A DNA stretch of 63,149 nucleotides, the filler included, from Octopus bimaculoides (lineage: Eukaryota): assembly GCF_001194135.2 (NCBI RefSeq). It is 5 parts of 5 records of this genome, joined end to end, with 100 filler letters (N's around TTAATTAATTAA, not from the genome) between each part and the next. Parts side by side here need not be neighbours in the genome. Positions count along the whole stretch, not along the records: positions 41,909 to 56,215 come from NC_068984.1; positions 56,316 to 58,940 come from NC_069008.1; positions 59,041 to 63,149 come from NC_068997.1; 2 more parts are not named here. The stretch is one strand, 5' to 3'. The notes under the pieces are model-generated. The model ran no database searches, had not been told where the DNA came from, and worked only from the letters and a program-made list of their open reading frames with translations. Position numbers and translations under genes: made by a program. This document shows positions 49,407-61,125 of this stretch, piece by piece. How positions within the stretch are numbered: position 1 is the first letter of the stretch; each line of letters opens with the position of its first letter.

Positions 49407-50085
49407 NNNNNNNNNNNNNNNNNNNNNNNNNNNNNNNNNNNNNNNNNNNNNNNNNNNNNNNNNNNNNNNNNNNNNNNNNNNNNNNNNNNNNNNNNNNNNN
49501 NNNNNNNNNNNNNNNNNNNNNNNNNNNNNNNNNNNNNNNNNNNNNNNNNNNNNNNNNNNNNNNNNNNNNNNNNNNNNNNNNNNNNNNNNNNNNNNNNNNN
49601 NNNNNNNNNNNNNNNNNNNNNNNNNNNNNNNNNNNNNNNNNNNNNNNNNNNNNNNNNNNNNNNNNNNNNNNNNNNNNNNNNNNNNNNNNNNNNNNNNNNN
49701 NNNNNNNNNNNNNNNNNNNNNNNNNNNNNNNNNNNNNNNNNNNNNNNNNNNNNNNNNNNNNNNNNNNNNNNNNNNNNNNNNNNNNNNNNNNNNNNNNNNN
49801 NNNNNNNNNNNNNNNNNNNNNNNNNNNNNNNNNNNNNNNNNNNNNNNNNNNNNNNNNNNNNNNNNNNNNNNNNNNNNNNNNNNNNNNNNNNNNNNNNNNN
49901 NNNNNNNNNNNNNNNNNNNNNNNNNNNNNNNNNNNNNNNNNNNNNNNNNNNNNNNNNNNNNNNNNNNNNNNNNNNNNNNNNNNNNNNNNNNNNNNNNNNN
50001 NNNNNNNNNNNNNNNNNNNNNNNNNNNNNNNNNNNNNNNNNNNNNNNNNNNNNNNNNNNNNNNNNNNNNNNNNNNNNNNNNNNNN
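49407..50085. other. Assembly gap
   Basis: Run of N. Confidence 1.
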
Positions 50086-50227
50086 CTGAGTTCAAATTCC
50101 GCCGAGGTCGACTTTATCTTTCATCCTTTCGGGGTCGATTAAACAAGTACCAGTTACACACTGGGGTCGATGTAATCGACTTAATCCCTTCCCCCAAATT
50201 TCAGGCCTTGTGCTCCCAGTAGAAAGG

Positions 50228-50228
<1 letters not shown>
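50086..50228 (+). mobile_element. SINE family A, 3' part
   Basis: ctgagttcaaattccgccgaggtcgac..ggggtcgatgtaatcgacttaatccc..ccccaaatttcaggccttgtgc. Confidence 0.9.
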
Positions 50229-50283
<55 letters not shown>

Positions 50284-50284
<1 letters not shown>

Positions 50285-50757
50285 GCTCAGTAGTCTTATT
50301 TTTATCACGTGCTTTCACTGCACTACCGAGCGCAACTCTGTGTGCTTTGGGTATGTGCTGTGGTTCGTTGAGGTACTCTTATTTTCACAGTATTGCAAGT
50401 GTTTTACATAGGATGTGCGCTGTGCCTAGTAGTGCTATTTTCTGTATATTATATACGTTCGAAAGTCCTGGTCTCTTTGTTATGTATTTGTCTAAATGTA
50501 TTTTAATCATACTTAATGCACCTGTTATCATAGGAATTGTTCCTGTGTTTAGGCTCCACATTCGAGTTACCTCTCTTTCCAGATCTTTGTTTTTGAAAGT
50601 TTCTCCGTTTCTTTTAGAGATATATTGTCATCTGTTGGAATTGATAGATCAATTAGAAGGCATTTTTTTCTTTGTGATCCCTGATAATTATATCAGGTCT
50701 ATTAACCTTGATTTCTCTATGTGTTGTATTGGCATATCCCAGAGCATGGTTGCTTTG
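50284..50757 (-). mobile_element. Second R4/Dong subfamily 3' fragment (REL domain), (TAA)n tail
   Basis: WDMPI..REIKVNRPDIIIRDHKEK/CLLIDLSIPTDDNISLKETEKLSK..DLE.EVTRMWSL..IQKIALLGTAHILCKTL; tail (AAT)n at 50229-50283. Confidence 0.9.
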
Positions 50758-50857
50758 TCATTTTCGATCGACTTGCCCCTCCCCCGATCTTGCTGACCTT
50801 GTGTCAAAATTTGAAGTCATTATTATTAATGACTAATTAAGAAACCTAACCATAACG

Positions 50858-50900
50858 AACGTATAATGACTACTGGAAACAGCTGTAAGCCAAATTTACT
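50858..50900 (+). ncRNA. Degenerate copy of the 44856 hammerhead
   Basis: aacgtata-atgact..gGAAACAGCTGTAAGccaaatt shares the 14-mer GAAACAGCTGTAAG and flanks with 44851-44940, but lacks an intact CUGAUGA and stem II. Confidence 0.45.
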
Positions 50901-50963
50901 CCAATAAAGGAAAAATATCGATGTGTGTGTGTATGTATGTATATATGTAATTATATATATATA

Positions 50964-51659
50964 NNNNNNNNNNNNNNNNNNNNNNNNNNNNNNNNNNNNN
51001 NNNNNNNNNNNNNNNNNNNNNNNNNNNNNNNNNNNNNNNNNNNNNNNNNNNNNNNNNNNNNNNNNNNNNNNNNNNNNNNNNNNNNNNNNNNNNNNNNNNN
51101 NNNNNNNNNNNNNNNNNNNNNNNNNNNNNNNNNNNNNNNNNNNNNNNNNNNNNNNNNNNNNNNNNNNNNNNNNNNNNNNNNNNNNNNNNNNNNNNNNNNN
51201 NNNNNNNNNNNNNNNNNNNNNNNNNNNNNNNNNNNNNNNNNNNNNNNNNNNNNNNNNNNNNNNNNNNNNNNNNNNNNNNNNNNNNNNNNNNNNNNNNNNN
51301 NNNNNNNNNNNNNNNNNNNNNNNNNNNNNNNNNNNNNNNNNNNNNNNNNNNNNNNNNNNNNNNNNNNNNNNNNNNNNNNNNNNNNNNNNNNNNNNNNNNN
51401 NNNNNNNNNNNNNNNNNNNNNNNNNNNNNNNNNNNNNNNNNNNNNNNNNNNNNNNNNNNNNNNNNNNNNNNNNNNNNNNNNNNNNNNNNNNNNNNNNNNN
51501 NNNNNNNNNNNNNNNNNNNNNNNNNNNNNNNNNNNNNNNNNNNNNNNNNNNNNNNNNNNNNNNNNNNNNNNNNNNNNNNNNNNNNNNNNNNNNNNNNNNN
51601 NNNNNNNNNNNNNNNNNNNNNNNNNNNNNNNNNNNNNNNNNNNNNNNNNNNNNNNNNNN
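50964..51659. other. Assembly gap
   Basis: Run of N. Confidence 1.
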
Positions 51660-51704
51660 GGCCAAAAACAGGAACAGTTCTATAGTTTAGTCTGTCTTCA
51701 CTTC

Positions 51705-52155
51705 TATCACCACCACCACCACCACCACGACCACTACCACCACCACCACCACCACCTCCACCACTTCATCAACAACACCAAGAACAACATGAATAACTGC
51801 AACACCTAAAAACAACAATATAAAAAATTCATCAAAAGCAGGAACACTGATACCACCTCCGCCGCCGCCGCCGCCGCCGCCGTCACAACAACAACAACAA
51901 CATTGACAAGTTGTAACAAAACCGTGAATCTAACGTTGAGTGATGAATTTAAAGCAACAACGATTGTCCCAATAATATCGATAACAGCAACAACAACAAC
52001 AAACACGCCAACAACAAAAGATTTTAAACAGCTACCACTGGAGCCATCATCATCGTCATCATCACCATCATTGTCATCGCCATCGTCATCATCATCATCA
52101 ATAATTAACATTCAACTAGAACTCAATACTTCTTACGATTATTATTATTATTATT
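51705..52155. repeat. Compound trinucleotide low-complexity tract (CAC, CCG, CAA, CAT, TTA)
   Basis: Direct inspection. Confidence 0.9.
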
Positions 52156-52327
52156 GAAGAAAAAGAAGAAAAAGGAGAACAACAACAGCATGAAGCGTTT
52201 ACTATTTGCCTTGGTCTCACTAACCATTCTCAATTCTACCCAAAGTAATAAAAGTAAGTGGAAGTTTTATTTTAATCTTATTGAATTATTTGGTTAATCC
52301 CCACGAAGACGCGGATAAGCCCGTAGC

Positions 52328-52369
<42 letters not shown>

Positions 52370-52480
52370 NNNNNNNNNNNNNNNNNNNNNNNNNNNNNNN
52401 NNNNNNNNNNNNNNNNNNNNNNNNNNNNNNNNNNNNNNNNNNNNNNNNNNNNNNNNNNNNNNNNNNNNNNNNNNNNNNNN

Positions 52481-52522
<42 letters not shown>

Positions 52523-54569
52523 AGCTCGGAAACTGTATTAAAAGCTTTCCTATTTCTTAAATATCAATGTTGTTAATATGTCGTATTTAAGATACAAAAA
52601 GCAATGCTGGCGGAAGCCTGATTTGAACTCACAACTTTTACGTAGAAAGCTATATCACGTGGTTAATATTGTGATGGCAGGGGTTAGGTTTACTTTTTTC
52701 CACATCTAAATACTTCAACTTTAGAGAGTTGTTAATTTTTATCCGTTTAGCACATGTGTAGCTGCGTGGTAAAAAAACCGCATACTTCTAGGTTCGATCT
52801 CATTGCACGGTCTGACATCATAATATCGAGCTGAATGGAATTTGGTAGACTGAATCTGATCAAAAACCCGTCATACATACGTACATACATACATACATAC
52901 ACGCACACATACGTGTGTTTGTGTATGTATGTATGTGTACCAAGCAAAAGGGTCGACAGCGACTTCGAAGTTACGGTTTATTCGCCCTCTACAACCATAC
53001 ATCTTGACCCTAAACACGATCTACTTCTAGCATAAAAGCTACATTTTCATTCCTGTCAGAAACTCAAACCTCTAACTTGATATCTTTTAACACATCGTCA
53101 GTTCCACCACTTGACTTTCAGAGGCCCCCTGCAACTTTTTGTTTCGAGGCCCTATCCCTTCAATTAAAATTCGTAATCTACGTACCTTATATTCATAGCT
53201 AAATTTTACTTTATTCTATCCGAAGTTCACGTTATCCCAAAGAACATCTTTAAAAGTACATCAAGTTAAATTTATTTAGGTTTATTACAAATTTCAATCA
53301 GTAAAACTTCCAGACATGAATAAAAGAGCACTTTTATAATCCAGGCAACTTTCAAAGACAAACCCGGTGCACTTTTCGCTTTGTGAAATCATCGATCAGT
53401 TCAGAATAATCAAACTGAGAGCTAAGTCCATGTTCAATAGATATCATTGAAAATCCACAAAGTCTGCTACACTTTCGTGATACAATGTAATATTTTTACA
53501 AGAACTTTTGCAGGTACAATGTATCACCATTTTATCTCTTGAAAATTTCAGTTAACAGTTGAATTCTTATTCAACATCTTAACCAAAGTAGATAGATGAG
53601 TCATCGACGTATTTTGATCTTAACATGGGGGCCCCTCAACCGTGGAGGGCCCCCTCAACCGCAGGGGCTTGGCGACGGTCCTGCACATCGTTTTTATAAG
53701 TTATATATTCTGTTTTTCAACATTCCTCAACTTGCTTTTACACAGAATCTATTCTCCCTAAACAAACCTTTCTCTCTTGGATTTCGTCAACGAAAACTTG
53801 TTACTTTGGCTAAAAGTATTTCTTTCTTTTCAAGCAAGTTCACTGCCGCCTCTACAGCTCCTTGAATTCCTTCAATCACAAACAACTGTTCGTCTATCAC
53901 TTGTTACTTTTGAATAGTTTTCAGAATAAATTACTGTTGTTCTCTGGTCTGTTTTAGATAGCAAATTATTTGGAGAGGAATTCCTACTTAAGACTTGCGC
54001 TATTATTGTTGTGAACTCATATATGAGTACAAGCAGTGAAATGAGCTCTGAAAAACTTAAAATACTGAAAGAGATCGTGATAGCTGAGTACTTAGAGATT
54101 GGAGTAAACGTGCAGGAAGACGTACAGTGTTAGTTGTTGATTTTTCAGATAGAGTGAGGGTGGGGTGACAATTCAGTCCAAAGTGAAACTCATAGAACAT
54201 TTCCATTCTTCGCATCGAACAGTAGACGTGACGATCAGCGAAAGATCTATTGAGCAAGACATCTTTCACCGATGAGCATCGTTCTGTAGATCCTTAAGTG
54301 ATGAACGATGAACACTAAATGGCGGTTAGAATGTGAATGTGGACATTAAAATGACTGGAGTTTATAGAGTCCTTCAGGTAAAGCTAAAGGGAGAATACAG
54401 TGGCAAGGAACATAAAATATCACTGGACTGCAAATATTGTATTGCAATGTCACATTTGAAGAATTGCTGGAATTAGATGTTGAGATTTTTGTAACACAGT
54501 TATCTTTTAGACATCTCAGGTTGACCAGTCAATAATCTGACTAATTATATTGCGGAAATAGAAGAGACA

Positions 54570-55000
54570 TTGGTGACGTCACTCCGACCAGACGTATTCC
54601 TGCAATACAAAAACAATCTTCGTGGCTGAACTCACAGTGTCCTGGGAGGACAGCCTTCATATTCCCCTCCAAATATCAAAACTTAGTCGATTAGCTCCTT
54701 GTCAAAGGCTTTCCATCTGGATCAATGAGTTATTTCCTGTAGAAGATAGGTCAGGAACCCAGACAACTGAAGAAAACCATTTAGGAAATAGGCAGAGCAG
54801 CTGAAACTAGTTTAAGCTGGTTATGGTTGATAAAAGACTGAACGTGGAGCCCTTCCGTGGGTGAAAACTAGCTTAGCTCTGGCTGCCCTACTCAGGCGGA
54901 GTGTACAGGCTAAGGGGCGAAATGCTTGTGACCTTGAGATACCTGCTGACGATACGGAAAGGTCTCTAGTTTTGCAATGGATTTAGAAGAGCTTGCAAAA
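54570..55000 (+). mobile_element. HERO/R2-like REL non-LTR retrotransposon relic (endonuclease C-terminus plus 3' UTR)
   Basis: VTSLRPDVFL (54573-54602), then VAELTVSWED..FPVEDRSG, matching the RPD..ELTVPWE..PVEVGxRG signature. Confidence 0.6.
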
Positions 55001-55569
55001 GCTCGGAATAGCTCTTGCAGTTTCTTGCGTCAGGCGAAGCATCTCTGATGTATATTCAACTTCTTTTTTCACCTGTCAGACTAATTTACTTTTACCGGAA
55101 AAATACAAAAGATAAGAATATAAAACAAGAAGAAACATAATTGAATACGTAATTTGAGAATTAATGTGTGGCCGACATTCGTTCGGTGTAATCGGAAATA
55201 CGCTCATCCGTCAAGCAATCCACGTTTTAAAAAAGTTATCAATGGAGATCTTTCTTAACACAGTTCCGGTTTCCCCAGAAATATAGAAATAGTGTTGTAC
55301 TAAAACCTGAAGCGTGTTTGTGTGTAAATATCCAGCGTCCGTCATATTCCATCTCTAACGATCTTATTGCTCTCCGTTCAATTTTCATTTTATTTTATTT
55401 TCCTCTGTCAAATGTTGTATAAAGTCATTCTTATTCAATATCCGTCAATGTAGATGCATTTGCGTTCGTCTCCGATTTGAGGATCACTTTCGCACACGTA
55501 TACTCACACACATAAACACACACATAAACATATATACGAGGGGCTGGGGATGAAAAGTTCCTGGCTTTG

Positions 55570-55784
55570 AAGCTTGCTTCCCAACCACATGGCTCCGGGT
55601 TCAAGTCCCACTGCATGGCACCGTAGGTAAGTGTCTTCTACTGCAAACTCGAGCTGATCAAAGCCTTGTGAGTGGATTTGGTTAACAGAAACTAAAAGAA
55701 GCCCGTCGTAACACACACACGCACACACAAACATACACACATGCATGCACACATATAAATATCTATATATATATGTACACACAT

Positions 55785-55818
<34 letters not shown>

Positions 55819-55930
55819 GTGTGTATGCGTGCATGTGCTTGTCCCCCACCACTTTACAAGGGTGTTGATGTGTTTACGTTCCCGTAACTTAACGGTTCAG
55901 CAAAACTATTTAATAGATTACGTACCAAGT
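55570..55930 (+). mobile_element. SINE family B with internal (CA)/(TA) tract
   Basis: agcttgcttcccaaccacatggctccgggttcaagtcccactgc..gaagcccgtcg..tgtccccacc..gtgtttacgttcccgtaactt. Confidence 0.85.
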
Positions 55931-56170
55931 TAAAGAAAAACACATGCATATATACAAACATACATACATACCATACACGCACATACATAGATACATGCAT
56001 ACATTCACACATACCCACACATATATACATACACACATACATACACATATATACAGATACATACATAATACACACATGCATACACACATACATACACATA
56101 TATACACACATACTTCACATACATACATGCACACATACATGCATACACAGACAGACAGACAGACAGACAG

Positions 56171-56215
<45 letters not shown>

Positions 56216-56579
56216 NNNNNNNNNNNNNNNNNNNNNNNNNNNNNNNNNNNNNNNNNNNNTTAATTAATTAANNNNNNNNNNNNNNNNNNNNNNNNNNNNN
56301 NNNNNNNNNNNNNNNGCTAGGGCCAGTTTGGGAGTTTGCTGACACAGCTTCTAAAACCAGCTGGAAACACATTGCCATGGAAACAAGTCCTGTGGTGGTG
56401 GTGGTGGAGTCTCAATTAGATTCTAAATACCCTGGAGACTAAACTATCTGTAATAATGAGATGATGATGATAATGAGTTCTACAAACATATATACACACA
56501 CACACACACACACATACGCATAAAGAGATAAATAGACACACATACACAGATACATACATAATACCATTTATATATTATA

Positions 56580-56742
56580 GGCGTAGGAGTGGCTGTGTGG
56601 TAAGTAGCTTGCTTACCAACCACATGGTTCCGGGTTCAGTCCCACTGCGGGGCACCTTGGGCAAATGTCTTCTATTTTAGCCTCGGGCCAACCAAAGCCT
56701 TGTGAGTGGATTTGGTAGACGGAAACTAAAAGAAGCCCGTCG

Positions 56743-56775
<33 letters not shown>

Positions 56776-56982
56776 ATGTGTGTGTTTGTCCCCCCCACCC
56801 CACATCGCTTGACAACCGATACTGGTGTGTTTATGTCCCTGTAACTTAGCGGTTCGGCAAAAGAGACAGATAGAATAAGTACTAGGCTTACAAAGAATAA
56901 GTCCTGGGGGTCGATTTGATTCAACTAAAAGGCGGTGCTCCAGCATGGCCGCAGTCAAATGACTGAAACAAGTAAAAGAGTA
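56580..56982 (+). mobile_element. SINE family B, full length
   Basis: GGCGTAGGAGTGGCTGTGTGGTAAG tRNA-like head, GGTTCAGTCCC B-box-like motif, a CORE-like ACCTTGGGCAA segment, an internal (TA)(TG) tract and a 3' end gactgaaacaagtaaaagagta. Confidence 0.92.
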
Positions 56983-56996
56983 CATATATATACCTA

Positions 56997-57080
56997 GGCA
57001 TAGGTGTGGTTGTGTGGTAAGAAGCTTACTTTCCAACCACATGGTTCCGGGTTTAGTCCCACTGCGTGGCACCTTGGGCA
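56997..57080 (+). mobile_element. SINE family B head, truncated
   Basis: ggcataggtgtggttgtgtggtaag..gtcccactgcgtggcaccttgggcaa. Confidence 0.85.
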
Positions 57081-57082
57081 AA

Positions 57083-57190
57083 AGGACAAAAGTTGAACTT
57101 TGGTGGAATTTGAACTCAGAAAGATGGACGAAATGCTGCTAAGCACTTTACCCAGAGTGCTAACAACTCTGGCAGCTCACCACCTAATAA
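57083..57190 (-). mobile_element. SINE family A, 5' part
   Basis: ggtggaatttgaactcagaaagatggacgaaatgctgctaagcac..gctaacaactctggcagctcaccacct. Confidence 0.75.
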
Positions 57191-57420
57191 TAATATTCTC
57201 ATGGCTTTTGCCCAGTAAACTTTTACAAAAGGGTTCCCTCCTAGGTACGGCCAGCATAATCAGGAAAGTATTAGTTGAAAAATAACAGATAGCATGGTAC
57301 CGTTGGCTGAAAGCAGCAAGTCCGCTACACATGAAAGACTTCGGAAGTTACAACAAAACTCAAATTAAGATAATAATAATGATAATAATAATAAGAGAGT
57401 GAATCCAATTTAGAATAATA

Positions 57421-57814
57421 GATGCCCTGATGCAGTGCCAGGCAGTGGTTCTTATGGCTTTTGATTTTAACTGATTGCAAGTGTTATCATGTACATTGTT
57501 TTGTCTTGGTATAAAAAGATGGCCTATAGCAAATATTCTGCTCAATACCACAGATTTGCTTTCAGTTGTTTGACCTTAACCAGTTGAGCATGTCCCTTGG
57601 TGGCTGACAATGTGTACATCTCTGATCACGAGCTGAGCCCCATCTGCAAGGTCAAGTGCTGTTTCTCTTGACATGAGATCACCATGTCGCACACATGTTG
57701 TTGTGATGGATGTGCCTGGTGTACCCTTATCAGACGGGTAGTCATGATGGGTATAATGGGCTTTGTATATTTGTACCCAGGTGTCATTTTGATGGCATAT
57801 GCTGCTCTCTCACT
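57421..57814 (+). mobile_element. Family E element flanked by (TAA)n on both sides
   Basis: Homologous to 32617-33060; TAA runs at 57370-57420 and 57815-57853. Confidence 0.8.
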
Positions 57815-58446
57815 TAATAATAATAATAATAATAACAATAATAATAATAATAATTAGAGTTTCCAGATTATAATTTCCAAAGTTTTCAGTTTCACAAATA
57901 AGTTGAGCATAATTTGAAATGTAGTGATCAGCAAAACAAAAAGAACTGGCTACATAGGATGATCTTCGACCAAGTAAGTGAGGCAATTCAAAACAGTTCC
58001 TTGCTAGCTGTCGTCAGCAGAAGTATAACTTTTACCACAGCTTGCTATTCCTTAATTAACTAAATTAGGATCGAGAAATATTAATTAAAACCAAAAAAAA
58101 TGTTCTGGAAAATAATATTAATTAGCATTTAATTTATAAATAAATGCTGACCGCATATTTAAGTGAAGAAAACTGGGTTTCGTTATTTATGTTGCTAACG
58201 ACAACGAAAAAGTACATTAAAGGGTAAATACAGTGATTAAGGGGGTAAATATTAGGGGTTAAGCAATATTACACACTCTGTAATCATCAAATTTAACACT
58301 GTTCTGTGTGTATGTGTACACACACACACACATATATATATATACACATATATGTATACACACACACACACACACACACAAATGGGTGCACAAGAGTATT
58401 TTCATATATATACATATTACATACACGCACACACACATATATACAA

Positions 58447-58481
<35 letters not shown>

Positions 58482-58902
58482 TGCATATGTATATACTGGC
58501 TTTCACCCAAGTGGACCAGGTTTGATTCCCAGTATGAGAGCGAATATTCTTAATGGCAGTACTCCAGCATGGCCACAGTGTCTGGCTGGAACCGTCAATA
58601 GAAGATAAATACATGCGCGTGTGTGTGTGTGGGTGGTGGTAATACATAATACAAATTTAAATGGTGAATGACGCAGACAAACACACACACTCACACATAT
58701 ATGTGTGTGTCTACATATATTACATAAAACAATTAATAATCAAGTCCGATTGGATAACGAGAGAGAAAGAGATAAAGAGGGAGAGAAAGAGCACTTTTCA
58801 TTAACCTAATTATTTTAATTGTGGAAGCAATTTCACCCTCCCCATCCACCCATATTATCTACTACCTACAATACACATTTGTACACAGCATATGTGAATG
58901 TG

Positions 58903-58940
<38 letters not shown>

Positions 58941-59157
58941 NNNNNNNNNNNNNNNNNNNNNNNNNNNNNNNNNNNNNNNNNNNNTTAATTAATTAANNNN
59001 NNNNNNNNNNNNNNNNNNNNNNNNNNNNNNNNNNNNNNNNGGTATCTCTTAGATACCCTGTATTATAATTTTAAATAATTATTACCTTTGATGGTTTTTA
59101 TTCCCATGCTGGCCACTTGATAAGATCAATATTTTAAATATCGATCTTATCCTTATT

Positions 59158-59189
<32 letters not shown>

Positions 59190-59191
<2 letters not shown>

Positions 59192-59420
59192 GTTCAGATT
59201 TACAGAAAACAAAAGATGAACACAACTGAGGGATCAACAAGTAGATGTATTAGTTTGATGTTTGGGAAGAATGGAAAGGTCTTTGACGTTTTGAGCCTAC
59301 ATTCTTCAACAGAAAGGACTGAGAGGTAAAAAAATGGAGAGATATAATAAATGTGTAGGGACTAACAGTTCACCATGATGAAATAACTGGAAGAAAGAGG
59401 CTGAGTAAAAAGGGAGATAA
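59190..59420 (-). mobile_element. Penelope-like terminal-repeat remnant with degenerate minimal hammerhead
   Basis: Minus strand of 59281-59316: CTTT-CTGTTGA-A-GAAT-gtag-GCTC-AAAA-CG-TC-AAAG. Stem I is intact; next to (TA)n. Confidence 0.55.
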
Positions 59421-59444
59421 TGTGTGTGTGTGTGTGTGGTCATG

Positions 59445-59660
59445 TTTGTGTTTGTCCCCCACCACTTCTTAACAACTGGTGTTGGTTTGTTTATGTCCTG
59501 TAATATAGTGACTCAGCAAAAGAGGCTGATATAATGTGTCAGACTTAGAAAGGAAAAAAATATTTACTGGTGCTGATTTGTTTAATTAAACCCTTTAAGG
59601 CAGTGTCGCGGCATGGCTGCAGTCCAATGACTGAAACGAGTAAAAGATAAATAATAAAAG
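59445..59660 (+). mobile_element. SINE family B, 3' part
   Basis: gtttgtcccccaccacttcttaacaactggtgttgg..gcatggctgcagtccaatgactgaaacgagtaaaagata. Confidence 0.8.
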
Positions 59661-59759
59661 ACAGGCATTCTTTGCTAAAAATCAGACACCTGACTTTAGG
59701 GTACAGTGTATGCACTTTAATAAGGGATCACCTTCAACCAATAGCAGTAGCAGCATCAT

Positions 59760-60287
59760 NNNNNNNNNNNNNNNNNNNNNNNNNNNNNNNNNNNNNNNNN
59801 NNNNNNNNNNNNNNNNNNNNNNNNNNNNNNNNNNNNNNNNNNNNNNNNNNNNNNNNNNNNNNNNNNNNNNNNNNNNNNNNNNNNNNNNNNNNNNNNNNNN
59901 NNNNNNNNNNNNNNNNNNNNNNNNNNNNNNNNNNNNNNNNNNNNNNNNNNNNNNNNNNNNNNNNNNNNNNNNNNNNNNNNNNNNNNNNNNNNNNNNNNNN
60001 NNNNNNNNNNNNNNNNNNNNNNNNNNNNNNNNNNNNNNNNNNNNNNNNNNNNNNNNNNNNNNNNNNNNNNNNNNNNNNNNNNNNNNNNNNNNNNNNNNNN
60101 NNNNNNNNNNNNNNNNNNNNNNNNNNNNNNNNNNNNNNNNNNNNNNNNNNNNNNNNNNNNNNNNNNNNNNNNNNNNNNNNNNNNNNNNNNNNNNNNNNNN
60201 NNNNNNNNNNNNNNNNNNNNNNNNNNNNNNNNNNNNNNNNNNNNNNNNNNNNNNNNNNNNNNNNNNNNNNNNNNNNNNNNNNNNNNT
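59760..60287. other. Assembly gap
   Basis: Run of N. Confidence 1.
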
Positions 60288-60689
60288 TTAAAAAATTTTT
60301 CAATTGAAATGTTTCTGTTTTTCCTTTTGTAGTTCTTGATATATATTTCAGTTATATTTAACAAACTAGAAAAGCACTCAGAGAGTGCAGCCCTCCGCCA
60401 AGCAGCTCATTTCCATCCATATACACACATGCTGAAAATCCCCCAATTTCCCAAACCAACGCCGGCAAAAACATAACCTCCTTGGCGGGGTTAAAAAAAA
60501 AAATAACACAGCCATATGATTTTTAAAAAAAAATCCTTTAAAAACAAGAATCATCTGAAGCAGTTATAATACATCAATGACAACAGCAAGCTAGTTTCAC
60601 AAGGTCTGTCATCAATAGCAGGTGTGAGGTTCGACAGCTTAGCACTTATTAGGGGCAAGGCGCAGATAGATAATCTCACATAAATATTA

Positions 60690-60928
60690 GGCTTCAAGAA
60701 GACATTAATGGTTTTCACTGTTTGTCTGCCCCGCACCAGATGACTGGGCATGATTAAGGAAGATCTCAAGAGTCTCGATGTTACCTTGGCGGATGCAGAG
60801 AGGCTGGCATAGGACCGCCAGCGATGGAGGGCACTGGTGGACCTGGTCGTCTCTACGCATGATGACATCTCAGGGACCACAAACCTGGGATGACCCCAGC
60901 TTCATCTAGCAAGAGCATGAAGCAAGCA
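60690..60928 (+). mobile_element. RTE-clade LINE 3' end with AAGC tail
   Basis: PRTR*LGMIKEDLKSLDVTLADAERLA*DRQRWRALVDLVVSTHD; ends gaagcaagcaa. Same family as 11720-12050. Confidence 0.85.
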
Positions 60929-60930
60929 AA

Positions 60931-61125
60931 TTGTTGTTGTTTAGTCCTAGGTCAGCCCTAGTCGAACAAATCAATGACATTCCAGCCATGACTAGCCCGT
61001 TGATTTTTCAATTATAGTATCTCTAGATCTACATTACCCACCTGATCCTTCCCAACTGTTTTAAAGATGGTTGAATATGATATAAGGAATATTTACTTTT
61101 TCTAGCATGTCGAGCGATCACATAG
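60931..61125 (-). mobile_element. Interspersed repeat family D
   Basis: ttgttgttgtttagtcctaggtcagcc..tgacattccagccatgactagccc..ttttctagcatgtcgagcgatcacatag. Confidence 0.55.

Noticed and set aside
54268-54320. CCGATGA followed by an ATCGTTC/GAACGAT stem
   Set aside because: GAAA, stem III and stem I are missing; probably a chance hairpin.
54880-54975. GAAA and CTGACGA motifs (hammerhead) or GGCTAA/GGCGAA motifs (HDV-like ribozyme) in the HERO 3' region
   Set aside because: I could not assemble consistent stems for either fold.
26806-58996. TTAATTAATTAA palindrome found four times (26806, 41853, 56260, 58985)
   Set aside because: It is always embedded between ~40-45 N on each side and gives stops in all six frames. 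This is an artificial scaffolding linker, not biology.
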